Source: Isorropodon fossajaponicum endosymbiont JTNG4 (GTDB lineage Bacteria; Pseudomonadota; Gammaproteobacteria; PS1; Pseudothioglobaceae). From it: a DNA stretch of 32,000 nucleotides. The stretch spans positions 930,001 through 962,000 of the forward strand of contig NZ_AP013043.1 in assembly GCF_016592615.1 (NCBI RefSeq), given 5' to 3'. Below, piece after piece: positions 18,952-30,080 of this stretch (position 1 is its first letter; each line of letters starts with the position of its first letter). The notes beneath the pieces were generated by a model. That model did no database searches, was not told the DNA's origin, and saw only the letters and a list, made by a program, of their open reading frames with translations. The position numbers and the translations under genes are program-made.

Positions 18952-20541
18952 ATGAGTGAGCACTATCAAGTTTTAGCTAGAAAATATCGCCCACATTCTT
19001 TTGCTGGATTAGTAGGTCAAACGCACACCAAAAAAACCCTAATCAATGCACTTGATGCTAATAATTTGCATCACGGTTTTTTATTCACAGGCACACGTGG
19101 TGTTGGCAAAACCACCATTGCTAGAATCTTTGCCAAATCTATTAATTGTGAACAAGGCATTAGCTCAAAACCTTGTGGCAAGTGTTCTACTTGTATTGAA
19201 ATTGACCAAGGTCAATCAATTGATTTAATTGAGCTTGACGCTGCCTCACACACAGGGGTGGATAACATGCGCGATATTTTAGAAAATGCGCAATATATGC
19301 CAAGCAAAAATCGTTATAAGATTTATCTTATCGATGAGGTGCATATGCTTTCCAAAAGCAGTTTTAACGCCCTTTTAAAAACCCTTGAAGAGCCACCAGA
19401 ACATATTAAATTCTTATTAGCAACCACAGATCCACAAAAATTACCCGTAACCATTTTATCACGTTGCTTACAATTCACATTACAGCAACTGACCCATGAT
19501 GAAATTCTAGGTCAGTTAAAATTTATCATGGATGCTGAAGCGTTGAGCTATGAAGAATCAGCTCTTGGTCAAATTGCTGATTTTGGCAATGGCTCAATGC
19601 GTGATGCACTGAGCTTACTTGATCAATCAATTTCTTATGGCAAAGGCACGGTAACCAACGCTGACATTAAAGCCATGCTAGGCTTGGTGCATCATGACGA
19701 TATTATTAAATTAGCAACACATTTATTCAGCCAAGATGCCAAAGCTGTGATTGATTTTATTAAAGATTTGTCCCATCGTGGTGAAAACCTTAGCAATGCA
19801 CTTAAAGATTTAAGCTCATTATTTCACAAAATATCTATTGCGCAAATTGTTAATACTGAAAGCGACAAGACCATCCAAAACCTTGGCACACAAATATCAA
19901 ACTTTGATTTACAAATTTTTTATCAAATGTCAATCAACGGCTCTAAAGACATGGCACTAGCCCCTAGTGAACAAATTGGATTTGAAATGACGCTACTTAG
20001 AATGCTGGCATTTCGTAGCGACACCCAACCTAACGCGGAAAAAAAAACGCTAAAAATCAAGCTTGAAGTTAAAACGCCAGCACCAGTTAAGGAAAAATCA
20101 CAACCAAAAGCAGAAGAAAAACCAGACATTGCAAAACCCGCTACACTTGATATTAACAATCAGCAACAATGGGAAACACTTACCCAGACACTAAAATTTA
20201 AAGGCGGTGCGCAAATATTGGTAAAAAATACACTATTTGACAATGCTAATAATGCAACGTTAACACTAACCTTGGACAGTCAATTTGCTAATTTGCTAAG
20301 TGACCAGGTGCAAAAAAGCATACTAACAACACTTAGACAAAAATTTTCAACATTAAGTTTGGTGATTAATCTTGGTAAGCCTAATACTCAAGCATTAGCA
20401 CAAAAACAAACTCAAGCACATAATGAAAAGATGGTAAAAATACAAACACAATTTTTGAATGATAAAGGCGTGCAAAAATTAGAAAAAACATTTGACACAA
20501 AAATTAACATTAACTCAATTAAGGAGATCAGTCATGTTTAA
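18952..20541 (+). CDS. dnaX: DNA polymerase III subunit tau/gamma
   Basis: YRP..F..LVGQ, the Walker A motif GTRGVGKTT, the Zn module C..C..C..C, DEVHML and the SRC motif (ILSRC) are all present. The start is taken at the ATG at 18952; the track begins at a TTG 3 nt upstream. Confidence 0.95.
   Translation: MSEHYQVLARKYRPHSFAGLVGQTHTKKTLINALDANNLHHGFLFTGTRGVGKTTIARIFAKSINCEQGISSKPCGKCSTCIEIDQGQSIDLIELDAASHTGVDNMRDILENAQYMPSKNRYKIYLIDEVHMLSKSSFNALLKTLEEPPEHIKFLLATTDPQKLPVTILSRCLQFTLQQLTHDEILGQLKFIMDAEALSYEESALGQIADFGNGSMRDALSLLDQSISYGKGTVTNADIKAMLGLVHHDDIIKLATHLFSQDAKAVIDFIKDLSHRGENLSNALKDLSSLFHKISIAQIVNTESDKTIQNLGTQISNFDLQIFYQMSINGSKDMALAPSEQIGFEMTLLRMLAFRSDTQPNAEKKTLKIKLEVKTPAPVKEKSQPKAEEKPDIAKPATLDINNQQQWETLTQTLKFKGGAQILVKNTLFDNANNATLTLTLDSQFANLLSDQVQKSILTTLRQKFSTLSLVINLGKPNTQALAQKQTQAHNEKMVKIQTQFLNDKGVQKLEKTFDTKININSIKEISHV
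20039..20047 (+). promoter_or_regulatory. A9 run (G GAA AAA AAA ACG) in dnaX: candidate slippery site for a truncated gamma-like product
   Basis: The A AAA AAA heptamer is in the correct phase at codons 363-365. The -1 frame stops after 6 codons (AAC GCT AAA AAT CAA GCT TGA). The +1 frame stops after 1 codon (CGC TAA). The site lies just after the ..LLRMLAFR end of domain III. Confidence 0.35.
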
Positions 20542-20842
20542 AGGTGGGATGGCTGGGATGATGAAAAAAGCCCAACAAATGCAAGACAATATGAAAAAAG
20601 CACAAGCAGAAATCAAAAATCTATCTGCCACCGGAAAAGCCGCCTCAGGTTCTGTTGAAATCACCTTAAATGGTGAACACATGATGACTGATATTAAAAT
20701 CCTTGATGAGATAATGAATGATAAAGAATTACTTGAAGATTTAATCCTTAGCGCCATGAATGATGCTGTTAGACAAATCTCTGAGGCGTCGTCATCTGCC
20801 AAAATGAAAACTGCCACAGGTGGTATGAGCTTACCTTTCTAA
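20534..20842 (+). CDS. ybaB: Nucleoid-associated protein YbaB/EbfC
   Basis: MFKGGMAGMMKKAQQMQDNMKKAQAEI.. is a typical YbaB N-terminus. AAGGAG lies 7 nt upstream of the ATG at 20534. The gene overlaps the dnaX stop. Confidence 0.9.
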   Translation: MFKGGMAGMMKKAQQMQDNMKKAQAEIKNLSATGKAASGSVEITLNGEHMMTDIKILDEIMNDKELLEDLILSAMNDAVRQISEASSSAKMKTATGGMSLPF

Positions 20843-21426
20843 TGATTGAATCACTCAACAAAGCCTTCTGTACATTGCCTGGTGTAGGCAGTAAAACTGC
20901 ACAACGCTTTGTTTATCATTTATTAGAACGCAATCGTGAAGGTGGCATGGATCTTGCCAAGGCGTTAGTTAATGCTATGGAGTACGTTAAACACTGCACT
21001 TCATGCCGAACATTAAGTGAAAAAACCTTGTGTCATATTTGTGCTAGTGAAGTGCGCGATGCTTCACAATTGTGTGTTGTAGAAACACCAACTGATATTC
21101 ATGCCATTGAACAAAGTGGGGTTTATAAGGGTAAATATTTTGTTCTTAGTGGTTACCTATCTCCTATTGATGGTATTGGTGCAGCTGAATTAGGCTTAGA
21201 CGAACTGGCACAAAAACTCACTAATCAAAATATAGAAGAAATTATTCTAGCAACCAATGCCACGGTAGAGGGCGAAGTAACCGCTCATTATATTAGCAAT
21301 ATGGCCAAACAATTTGATGTTCAAATTACTCGTATTGCTCATGGCATCCCAATTGGTGGTGAATTAGAATACACTGATATCAATACTATTGCTCACGCAT
21401 TATTAGGTCGTAAACAATACGATTAG
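20842..21426 (+). CDS. recR: Recombination protein RecR
   Basis: It has LPGVGSKTAQRF (HhH), a C4 zinc finger (C..C....C..C), and a Toprim region (VVETPTDI..). Confidence 0.95.
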   Translation: MIESLNKAFCTLPGVGSKTAQRFVYHLLERNREGGMDLAKALVNAMEYVKHCTSCRTLSEKTLCHICASEVRDASQLCVVETPTDIHAIEQSGVYKGKYFVLSGYLSPIDGIGAAELGLDELAQKLTNQNIEEIILATNATVEGEVTAHYISNMAKQFDVQITRIAHGIPIGGELEYTDINTIAHALLGRKQYD

Positions 21427-21548
21427 AGCATCTTTGATAAAAGCTCTGTTTCATACCCATCAGAGTCTTTTAAAAATACAATAGATTTTTCTAAACACCC
21501 CACTCGCAACATTGTGTGTAAAATTCTTATCATAACAGCACTAAATCA

Positions 21549-22099
21549 ATGACAGACACCACCACTCATTAGGATAATATTTACCAAAATCAAGCACATG
21601 CTCAAGTGAGCTGGCATCAAGCCCAGTCAACCATTTCACTTGATTGGATTTTAGAATTTACAAATAAGAATGATGCAATCATTGATGTAGGTTGTGGCGT
21701 ATCAGTTCTGGTTGATAATTTGATTGACAAGCGACTTAAAGATCATACTAAAAAAGTTTATTTTCACCATGAAAATATCCTAGAGTTTAACTCTAATCAT
21801 CAATTTTCCCTTTGGCATGACCGCACTGTATTTCACTTTTTAACAGATGAAAAAGACCAAAAATCTTATATTAAAAAACTAACTAAACAAGTTAAAAAAG
21901 ATGGTTATTTCTTACTATCCACATTCTCACCCAATGGTCCCAAATTGTGTTCAGAGCTTAATATTGTACAATATGATGTAAAAAAATCACGCAATTATTA
22001 AGTAATAACTTTAAATTAATAAAAACCACCTCTGAAATTCACCCTCGTCCAAATGGAAATACGCAAGATTTTAATTATTTCTTATTTCAAAAAAAATAG
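21549..22099 (+). pseudogene. Class I SAM-dependent methyltransferase pseudogene. It has a nonsense codon, a probable internal deletion and a frameshift.
   Basis: The ATG at 21549 gives MTDTTTH, then a TAG (21570-21572), then DNIYQNQAHAQVSWHQ. Family members read HWDN.YQ....VSW.Q, implying TGG->TAG. Motif I, DVGCGVS, is present. About 20 residues that I expect between LVDNLIDK and RLKDH are missing. After YDVKK an A7 run shifts the frame, and the true C-terminus ITQLLSNNFKLIKTTSEIHPRPNGNTQDFNYFLFQKK* reads in another frame to 22099. Confidence 0.7.
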
Positions 22100-22126
22100 A
22101 TTCACATCGTAACCTCGCTCTTAAAA

Positions 22127-22285
22127 TCACTCTTTTATAGTAATTTTATCTACCCGTAATTCTTGTTCTACGCCCTGCTCATCTAAAAAAATTAAAAATT
22201 CTTCTGTGGATTTAGTGATGATATTTTTTGGCCTAATTACTTGAATAATCTCATCAATAAGAACTTTTATAGATTGTGAGCGCAT
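22127..22285 (-). CDS. Hypothetical 52-aa ORF directly downstream of the GIY-YIG gene
   Basis: The translation is MRSQSIKVLIDEIIQVIRPKNIITKSTEEFLIFLDEQGVEQELRVDKITIKE*. It is below the track length cut-off, has no recognisable motif, and has only a weak RBS. The call rests on the open frame and operon-like position alone. Confidence 0.2.
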   Translation of the reverse strand: MRSQSIKVLIDEIIQVIRPKNIITKSTEEFLIFLDEQGVEQELRVDKITIKE

Positions 22286-22290
22286 GATGG

Positions 22291-22599
22291 CTAACTCATA
22301 AGTACTACGATCTTCACAGGAGATTTGTAAGTAGTTTTTCTTTGTTTTTCGACTAGTAACAGCTTATCAGCACGACTCATTTGCTTAATTTCGTATTCAC
22401 GTTTAAGTGCTTGACTTTTGTTGCTCGCTTTTTCTTGGTAAACCAACTCACAAGGTGCATAGGCACGTGTGTATTTTGCGCCACCTTTTATCTCGCCATT
22501 ATGCTGCCTGATACGCTTGGCAATATCATTACTAACACCGCAATAAAGCGAGTTGTTGGCACAATGAAGTAAATACACAAACCAAGCTTTATTAACCAA
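22291..22599 (-). CDS. GIY-YIG nuclease superfamily protein (UPF0213/YhbQ-like)
   Basis: WFVYLLHCANNSLYCGVSNDIAKRIRQHN..GAKYTRAYAPCELVY..SQALKREYEIKQMSRADK is the GIY-YIG pattern. It has an apparent TTG start. Confidence 0.8.
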   Translation of the reverse strand: MVNKAWFVYLLHCANNSLYCGVSNDIAKRIRQHNGEIKGGAKYTRAYAPCELVYQEKASNKSQALKREYEIKQMSRADKLLLVEKQRKTTYKSPVKIVVLMS

Positions 22600-22653
22600 T
22601 TTAATTTTGATGACATAGTATAATGACGAAGTTTAATCCATCTCGCTACTTTA

Positions 22654-25397
22654 ATGGAAAAAACTTACAATCCCGAACAAATTGAAGCAAAATTTCGCTC
22701 ACTTTGGGAAGACAAAAACCTATTCTCATCTGATTCAAACGCCATCAGCAAAAATGCCTACTGCATTATGCTACCACCCCCAAATGTTACAGGCTCGCTA
22801 CACATGGGGCATGCTTTCCAGCATACGGTTATGGATATATTAACGCGTTATCATCGTGCAAATGGCGAGCAAACCCTTTGGCAGCCAGGTACAGACCATG
22901 CAGGCATTGCCACACAAATGGTGGTTGAGCGTCAATTAGCAACACAAGACATGACTCGTCATGAACTTGGTCGGGATAAATTTATTAATAAGGTTTGGGA
23001 TTGGAAGGCACAATCTGGTGGCACAATCACGTCACAAATGCGCAGGCTTGGCTCGTCAGTTGATTGGAAAAAAGAGCGATTTACCATGGATGATGGCTTG
23101 TCTAACGCTGTTAAAAAAGTATTCATACAACTCTTTGAAGAAGGACTGATTTATCGTGGCAAGCGTTTGGTTAATTGGGACCCGGTATTACACACTGCCG
23201 TATCTGACCTTGAAGTCATTAGCATCGAAGAACAAGGCTCACTTTGGCACATGCGTTATCCTATTACCGATACTAATGAAGTGATGATTGTTGCAACCAC
23301 ACGCCCTGAAACCATGCTAGGCGATAGCGCTGTTGCTGTTCATCCTGATGATAAGCGTTATACGCATCTGATTGGTAAAACAATTGACTTACCCCTAACC
23401 AATCGAAAAATTCCAATCATTGCAGACGATTATGTCGATATGGCATTTAGTACAGGCTGCGTTAAAATCACCCCTGCTCATGACTTTAACGACTATGAAA
23501 TGGGTTTGCGCCATCATTTAGAGGTTATTAACATCCTAACTGATGATGCTAAAATTAATAACGTGGTTGATAGTGCCTACATAGGCATGGATAGATTTAA
23601 AGCACGCAAGCACATCATTCAAGACTTAGACAATCAGGATTTACTAGAAAAAATCGAGCCACATAAGTTAATGATACCGCGTGGTGATAGAACAAATGCG
23701 GTTATTGAGCCTTATTTAACCGACCAGTGGTTTGTTAAAATCAGGCCATTAGCCCAGCCTGCCATTGATGCAGTTAAAAATGGGGACATTCGTTTTATTC
23801 CTGAAAACTGGAACAAAACTTATTTTAACTGGATGGACAATATTCAAGATTGGTGTATCTCTCGCCAAATTTGGTGGGGGCATCGCATTCCTGCGTGGTA
23901 TGACGACAAAGGCAATATCTTTGTTGCAGACTCACTTGAACAAGCGCAAAAACAAGCAGGGAAAGGGGTAACACTCACTCAAGATGAAGATGTACTTGAT
24001 ACTTGGTTTTCCTCAGCTTTATGGCCATTTTCAGCCCTAGGCTGGCCTGAAAAAACACCTGATTTTTCACGTTTTTATCCAACTAATGTGTTGGTCACTG
24101 GCTTTGATATTATCTTTTTTTGGGTGGCTCGCATGATTATGTTTGGGCTTAAATTTACAGGTAAGGTACCCTTCAAAGACATTTATATCACTGGCTTAAT
24201 CAAAGACGGACAAGGGCAAAAAATGTCCAAATCCAAAGGAAATGTGCTTGACCCAATTGATTTAATTGATGGCATTACTTTGCAAGATTTACTCAAAAAA
24301 CGCACGCAAGGGTTAATTCAGCCCAAAATGGTAGAAAAAATCAAAAAGCAAACCAAAAAAGAGTTTGCTGATGGCGTTCCCGCCTTTGGCACTGATGCGC
24401 TACGCTTTACTTTTGCTGCCTTGGCTTCTTTTGGTCGTGATATTAAGTTTGATTTAAAGCGAGTTGAGGGCTATCGCAATTTTTGCAACAAACTTTGGAA
24501 TGCTTCACGCTTCGTATTGATGAAACTTGAAGGGGAAACCATTGATATTAACGTACAATTATCAACCGCTGACGAATGGATTTTATCTCGCTTACAAAAC
24601 ACTAAAACTAACGTTGAAAAACATTTAAATGATTATCGCCTTGATTTAATGAGCCAAACCCTATATGAGTTTGTTTGGCACGACTATTGCGATTGGTATC
24701 TTGAATTGTCTAAGCCGTTATTACAAAATGATACGACCAAAGCAGGCACACAAGCCACTTTAATCAAAGTGCTAAATGAAATAGTAACACTGTTACACCC
24801 TATCATTCCATTTATCACTGAGGAAATCTTTGAACAATGTAATGTCATTACAAGCCATAATAGCACAAGTTTAATGACTCAATCTTATCCGCAAGTCATT
24901 AATAATTTAATTTCTACCAAAGCTGAGGTAGAAATTAAATGGCTACAAACCTTTATTTTAGGCATTCGCCAAATTCGTGGTGAAATGAACATTCCACCTT
25001 CAAAGCTACTACCTTGTTTTGTGCAAAACTTTAATGCTACAGATGAGCAATATCTAGCAAATAATATAAGCATCCTCAGCTCACTGGCAAAAATGGAAAG
25101 TATTGACAAGCTAACCACCACTGAGCAAGCGCCAGAATCAGCCACCGCCTTGGTTGGTGATATGAAAATTTTTATTCCATTGGCTGACCTGATTGATAAA
25201 AACCAAGAAATCGCGCGTCTTAATAAAGAAATTGACAAATTAGAAAAGCAAAAAAGTCAGTTTGAGGGTAAATTAAACAATGAAAATTTTATAAAAGGTG
25301 CGCCTGAAGCAATCATCAATATAGAAAAAGAAAGACTTGCTGTAACACTATCTGCTATTAATGATTTCAACAATCAACTTAAAAAAATATCCAGCTT

Positions 25398-25401
<4 letters not shown>
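22654..25401 (+). CDS. valS: Valine--tRNA ligase
   Basis: The ORF is 915 aa. It has PPPNVTGSLHMGHA (HIGH), KMSKSKGN (KMSKS) and a C-terminal coiled coil. Confidence 0.97.
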
Positions 25402-27508
<2,107 letters not shown>

Positions 27509-27565
27509 TCATCAGGCTTTCTTGCTAAGTTTTCTTTTGCTTGTTTAGCCAAAAGTACCGCAAAG

Positions 27566-27859
27566 GTGATTTATTTTGGCGTAATCTCTGAGCAAGAATT
27601 TCTAACCAATTACTGGCAAAAAAGCCAGTGCTAATCAAACAGGCACTGCCTAATTTTATCTCGCCCATCACCCCTGATGAATTAGCTGGGCTTTCACTTG
27701 AAAAAAAATTTGAATCAAGATTAATTACTGGCTCAATCGCCAATCAAGAGTGGCCGCTAAGCAATGGCCCATTTTTTGAAAACACATTCGCCAATTTACC
27801 AAAACAAGACTGGACGCTATTAGTCCAAGGGGTTGATAGATACATCGATGAAGTGTACC
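27566..27859 (+). pseudogene. Cupin-4/JmjC ribosomal oxygenase (RoxA/YcfD-like) N-terminal remnant, frameshifted and truncated by an IS
   Basis: (V)IYFGVISEQEFLTNYWQK, then a shift in the A6 run at 27618-27623, then KPVLIKQALPNFISPITPDELAGLSLE..SRL..GPF...WTLLVQGVD. This aligns with E. coli YcfD residues of approximately 10-100 (FLERHWQKRPVVLK..IDPISPDELAGLAME..WSLLVQAV). The reading ends at about 27860, where IS-derived sequence begins. The boundary is approximate. Confidence 0.7.
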
Positions 27860-28185
27860 TGTAATACCCCAATTTTCCATACAACTCTAAAGTAGAGGCT
27901 TGACTTGTTTACAGTCATCTTATCACGCCACCTTTGCCCTAGGTGGTATGCCACCTAGGGCAAAGGTGCGGTCGTTCGTTATTATAAACCCATAACCACT
28001 GTGTGGTTGCATCTTGTGCTTGCTCAACAGAATCAAACAAATGCAGATCTAAACACTCTTGTCTTACTGTACGGTTAAATCTCTCAATGTAGGCATTTTG
28101 AGTTGGCTTACCTGGTTGGATGTACATTAACTCAATACCTAAGGCTTGTACCCAGTCTCTTAATGCTTGGCTAATGTATTCAAAC
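27860..28185 (-). mobile_element. 3'-terminal fragment of a second, different IS (IS3-family-type integrase core), cut by IS copy 3
   Basis: The minus strand reads QFEYISQALRDWVQALGIELMYIQPGKPTQNAYIERFNRTVRQECLDLHLFDSVEQAQDATTQWLWVYNNERPH.., the C-terminal third of a DDE transposase including the E of the DDE triad. The N-terminal part is replaced at 28186 by the terminus of IS copy 3. The left end is assumed at the TG at 27860-27861. Confidence 0.75.
27929..27968. repeat. Perfect 18-bp inverted repeat with a 4-nt spacer (CACCTTTGCCCTAGGTGG tatg CCACCTAGGGCAAAGGTG)
   Basis: This was read directly from the sequence. It overlaps the place where the transposase should read ..ERPH.ALGG..P. Confidence 0.9.
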
Positions 28186-28214
28186 TGCAATGCTCTAACC
28201 TACTTGGACACATT

Positions 28215-28943
28215 TCAAGCCGCTTTTTTCAATTCAGCCATCTTTTGAGCAGGTGTTAAATACCCAATCGCTGAATGAATCCTTTTGTAATTATACAAGT
28301 AGATATAACCCTCTACATTTTGCACGACTTCACTATGATTTGCAAAACTTTGATAATTTAATCTCTCAGTCTTCAGACTTCTAAAGAAACGCTCCATGAC
28401 CGCATTATCCCAACAATTACCTCGCCTGCTCATGCTTTGAGTAATGTTGTTCTTGTTGCAATAATCAATAAAAACTTTAGAAGAGTATTGAGTCCCTTGA
28501 TCAGAGTGGAACATGTGTTTATTTGTATTGGGCTGGTGTCTAGACACAGCATTACTAAGCGCATCCTTTGCCAACTGAGCATTAGGCTGTTTTGACAATG
28601 CCCAACCAACAACTTGTCTTGAGCCTAAATCCAACACACTGGCTAAATAACTCCCACCTTGATAGGTTTTGATATAGGTAATATCACCAACCCAATGCGT
28701 ATTAATTGATTGCTGCTCAAACACACGATTTAATAGGTTTTTTGCCTTTTTAAACATCAATCTAGTATTAGGGTAATAATGACGCTTTCTTGGGCGTATG
28801 GCAACTACATTGGCTTTTTTCATTAGCGTTGCGGTTTGGTAAATACCAATGTTATAACCTTGGTTATTCAAAACTACCCGCATTCTGCGTTTGCCATAGG
28901 TGTATCCAACTTCAATAGCAGTTTGTTTGATTAATTTAATCAT
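28215..28943 (-). CDS. IS3-family transposase OrfB, copy 3
   Basis: The ORF is 242 aa and identical to copy 2 except for one residue (..AQKMAEL.. versus ..AQEMAEL..). The same upstream in-frame TGA occurs at 29019-29021. Confidence 0.85.
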   Translation of the reverse strand: MIKLIKQTAIEVGYTYGKRRMRVVLNNQGYNIGIYQTATLMKKANVVAIRPRKRHYYPNTRLMFKKAKNLLNRVFEQQSINTHWVGDITYIKTYQGGSYLASVLDLGSRQVVGWALSKQPNAQLAKDALSNAVSRHQPNTNKHMFHSDQGTQYSSKVFIDYCNKNNITQSMSRRGNCWDNAVMERFFRSLKTERLNYQSFANHSEVVQNVEGYIYLYNYKRIHSAIGYLTPAQKMAELKKAA

Positions 28944-29068
28944 AGCATTGGTGTTGTTGTTTACTCGCTTATCTTTGACTTGATAGTAATAACTACTGCG
29001 AGGAAGTTTGAGTAATGCTCATAATTCTTTAGTATTGTATTGTTGGCAAGCCTTGTTTATCTTGATAA

Positions 29069-29263
29069 TCATATCACTTGGTGATTGTCCACAGCGAACA
29101 AGGCTGTTGCCTTTTTTAAGATTTCATTGTCCCTTTGTGCGCGCCAAAGTTGTTTCTCAAGCAGTTGTATTGTTTGTTGTTCAGAAGTCAGCGCTTTGCC
29201 TGACTCTGGTGTTTGTCCACCAAGCTCTGCTAGGTATTGTTTTCTTGATTTATATTGTGTCAT
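29069..29263 (-). pseudogene. IS3-family OrfA, copy 3, with an in-frame 53-codon deletion that removes the HTH region
   Basis: It reads MTQYKSRKQ|YLAELGGQ..., 64 aa. The copy 2 sequence 10090-10248 is absent. The junction is a single copy of the 9-bp repeat TTGTTTTCT (29237-29245). Confidence 0.8.
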
Positions 29264-29328
29264 TATTGACCTCCTTATGGTTTGTATTATAAGGCTATCT
29301 TTGTGTCCAATAAAATTAGACTATTGCA

Positions 29329-29977
29329 CAATTCAGCTCGCGCAGCAACCAGTACTGCACTCATTGCGACAGGGCTTGGTTAGTTATTCTTATTCTCTGC
29401 CAGCAACGGCTATACGTCCGCCTAGTGCTTTGGCTGAGGATGAATTTAATACAGCTTGCATTCGCTGTGGTTTATGCGTGAATGACTGTCCTTATCCCAC
29501 GCTAAATTTGGCAACATTAAAAGACAATGTTGCCTTGGGTACGCCTTTTTTACTGCTAGAAAAGCCGCTTGTGAAATGTGTGAGGACATTCCCTGTGTTG
29601 GTTACTTTGTCCAACAGGTGCATTAAGTAGGCAATTAACCAATATTAATGATGCTCAAATGGGATTTGGCTAGAATTGTGGATACTCAAGGTTATATTGC
29701 TTATCAAGGCTTACGTTGTGAGGTGTGTTTTAATGTTTGTCCAGCCCAAGGCAAAGCCATTACCATTGAGATGAAGCACAATGGTAATGGCAAACACGCA
29801 TTGTTTATTCCAATGGTACATTATAACAGCTGTACAGGCTGTGGCAAGTGTAAACAAGCTTGTATTATGGAAGAAGCTGTTATTAAAGTATTACCCATTA
29901 AACTTGCAATGGGAAAACGCCAAGAACATTATAAATTGGGCTGGGAAGAGGAAGAAATCAGGAAACTCCCTAGTTAA
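29329..29977 (+). pseudogene. napG: Periplasmic nitrate reductase ferredoxin-type subunit NapG pseudogene (5'-truncated by IS copy 3, several frameshifts)
   Basis: Spliced across frames it reads ..ATAIRPPSALAEDEFNTACIRCGLCVNDCPYPTLNLATL..GTPF / FTARKAACEMCEDIPCVG / CPTGALSRQLTNINDAQMG / LARIVDTQGYIAYQGLRCEVCFNVCP...CTGCGKCKQACIMEEAVIKVLP. This is collinear with E. coli NapG. Shifts occur in the T6 run at 29546-29551, near 29603-29608, and at the TTT at 29665-29667. Another probably lies near 29381-29405. Confidence 0.8.
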
Positions 29978-30080
29978 GTAAGACATTAAACATCAATACA
30001 ACCTGCCTAAGGGCAAGGACTATGATTACAATGGCAAAGGCTTGTTTGATATTGATGATTAAGCGCATTTTTAAAAAAGC

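Larger units (their letters stand above)
28186..29328 (-). mobile_element. IS3-family insertion sequence, copy 3 (1143 bp, both termini present, 159-bp internal deletion in orfA)
   Basis: It has the same inverted repeats as copy 2. I noticed about five substitutions relative to copy 2 by eye, so the copies are near-identical. It is collinear with copy 2 at an offset of 19156 up to the deletion. Confidence 0.92.

Noticed and set aside
20515-20817. Longer antisense or alternative-frame ORFs inside strong genes. Examples are 20515..20817 opposite ybaB, 24885..25238 opposite valS, and 30960..31301 and 31683..31886 opposite napA. Others are 14363..14620 opposite mltB, 3559..3843 opposite lptF, and 26803..27039 and 26953..27144 in guaB.
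   Set aside because: Each lies wholly within a gene with an unambiguous homology-type reading on the other strand or frame. They have low-complexity or odd composition and no motifs.
29085-29630. The 181-aa plus-strand ORF in the track.
   Set aside because: It is a chimera. Its first part is the antisense of IS copy 3 (orfA region and terminus). Only the part after 29329 is genuine, and that part is one frame segment of the napG pseudogene.
29982-30062. A 26-codon open frame after the napG stop (DIKHQYNLPKGKDYDYNGKGLFDIDD*), possibly a frameshifted C-terminal extension of NapG.
   Set aside because: I cannot recall a NapG tail securely enough to support this. Two stops separate it from the napG frame.
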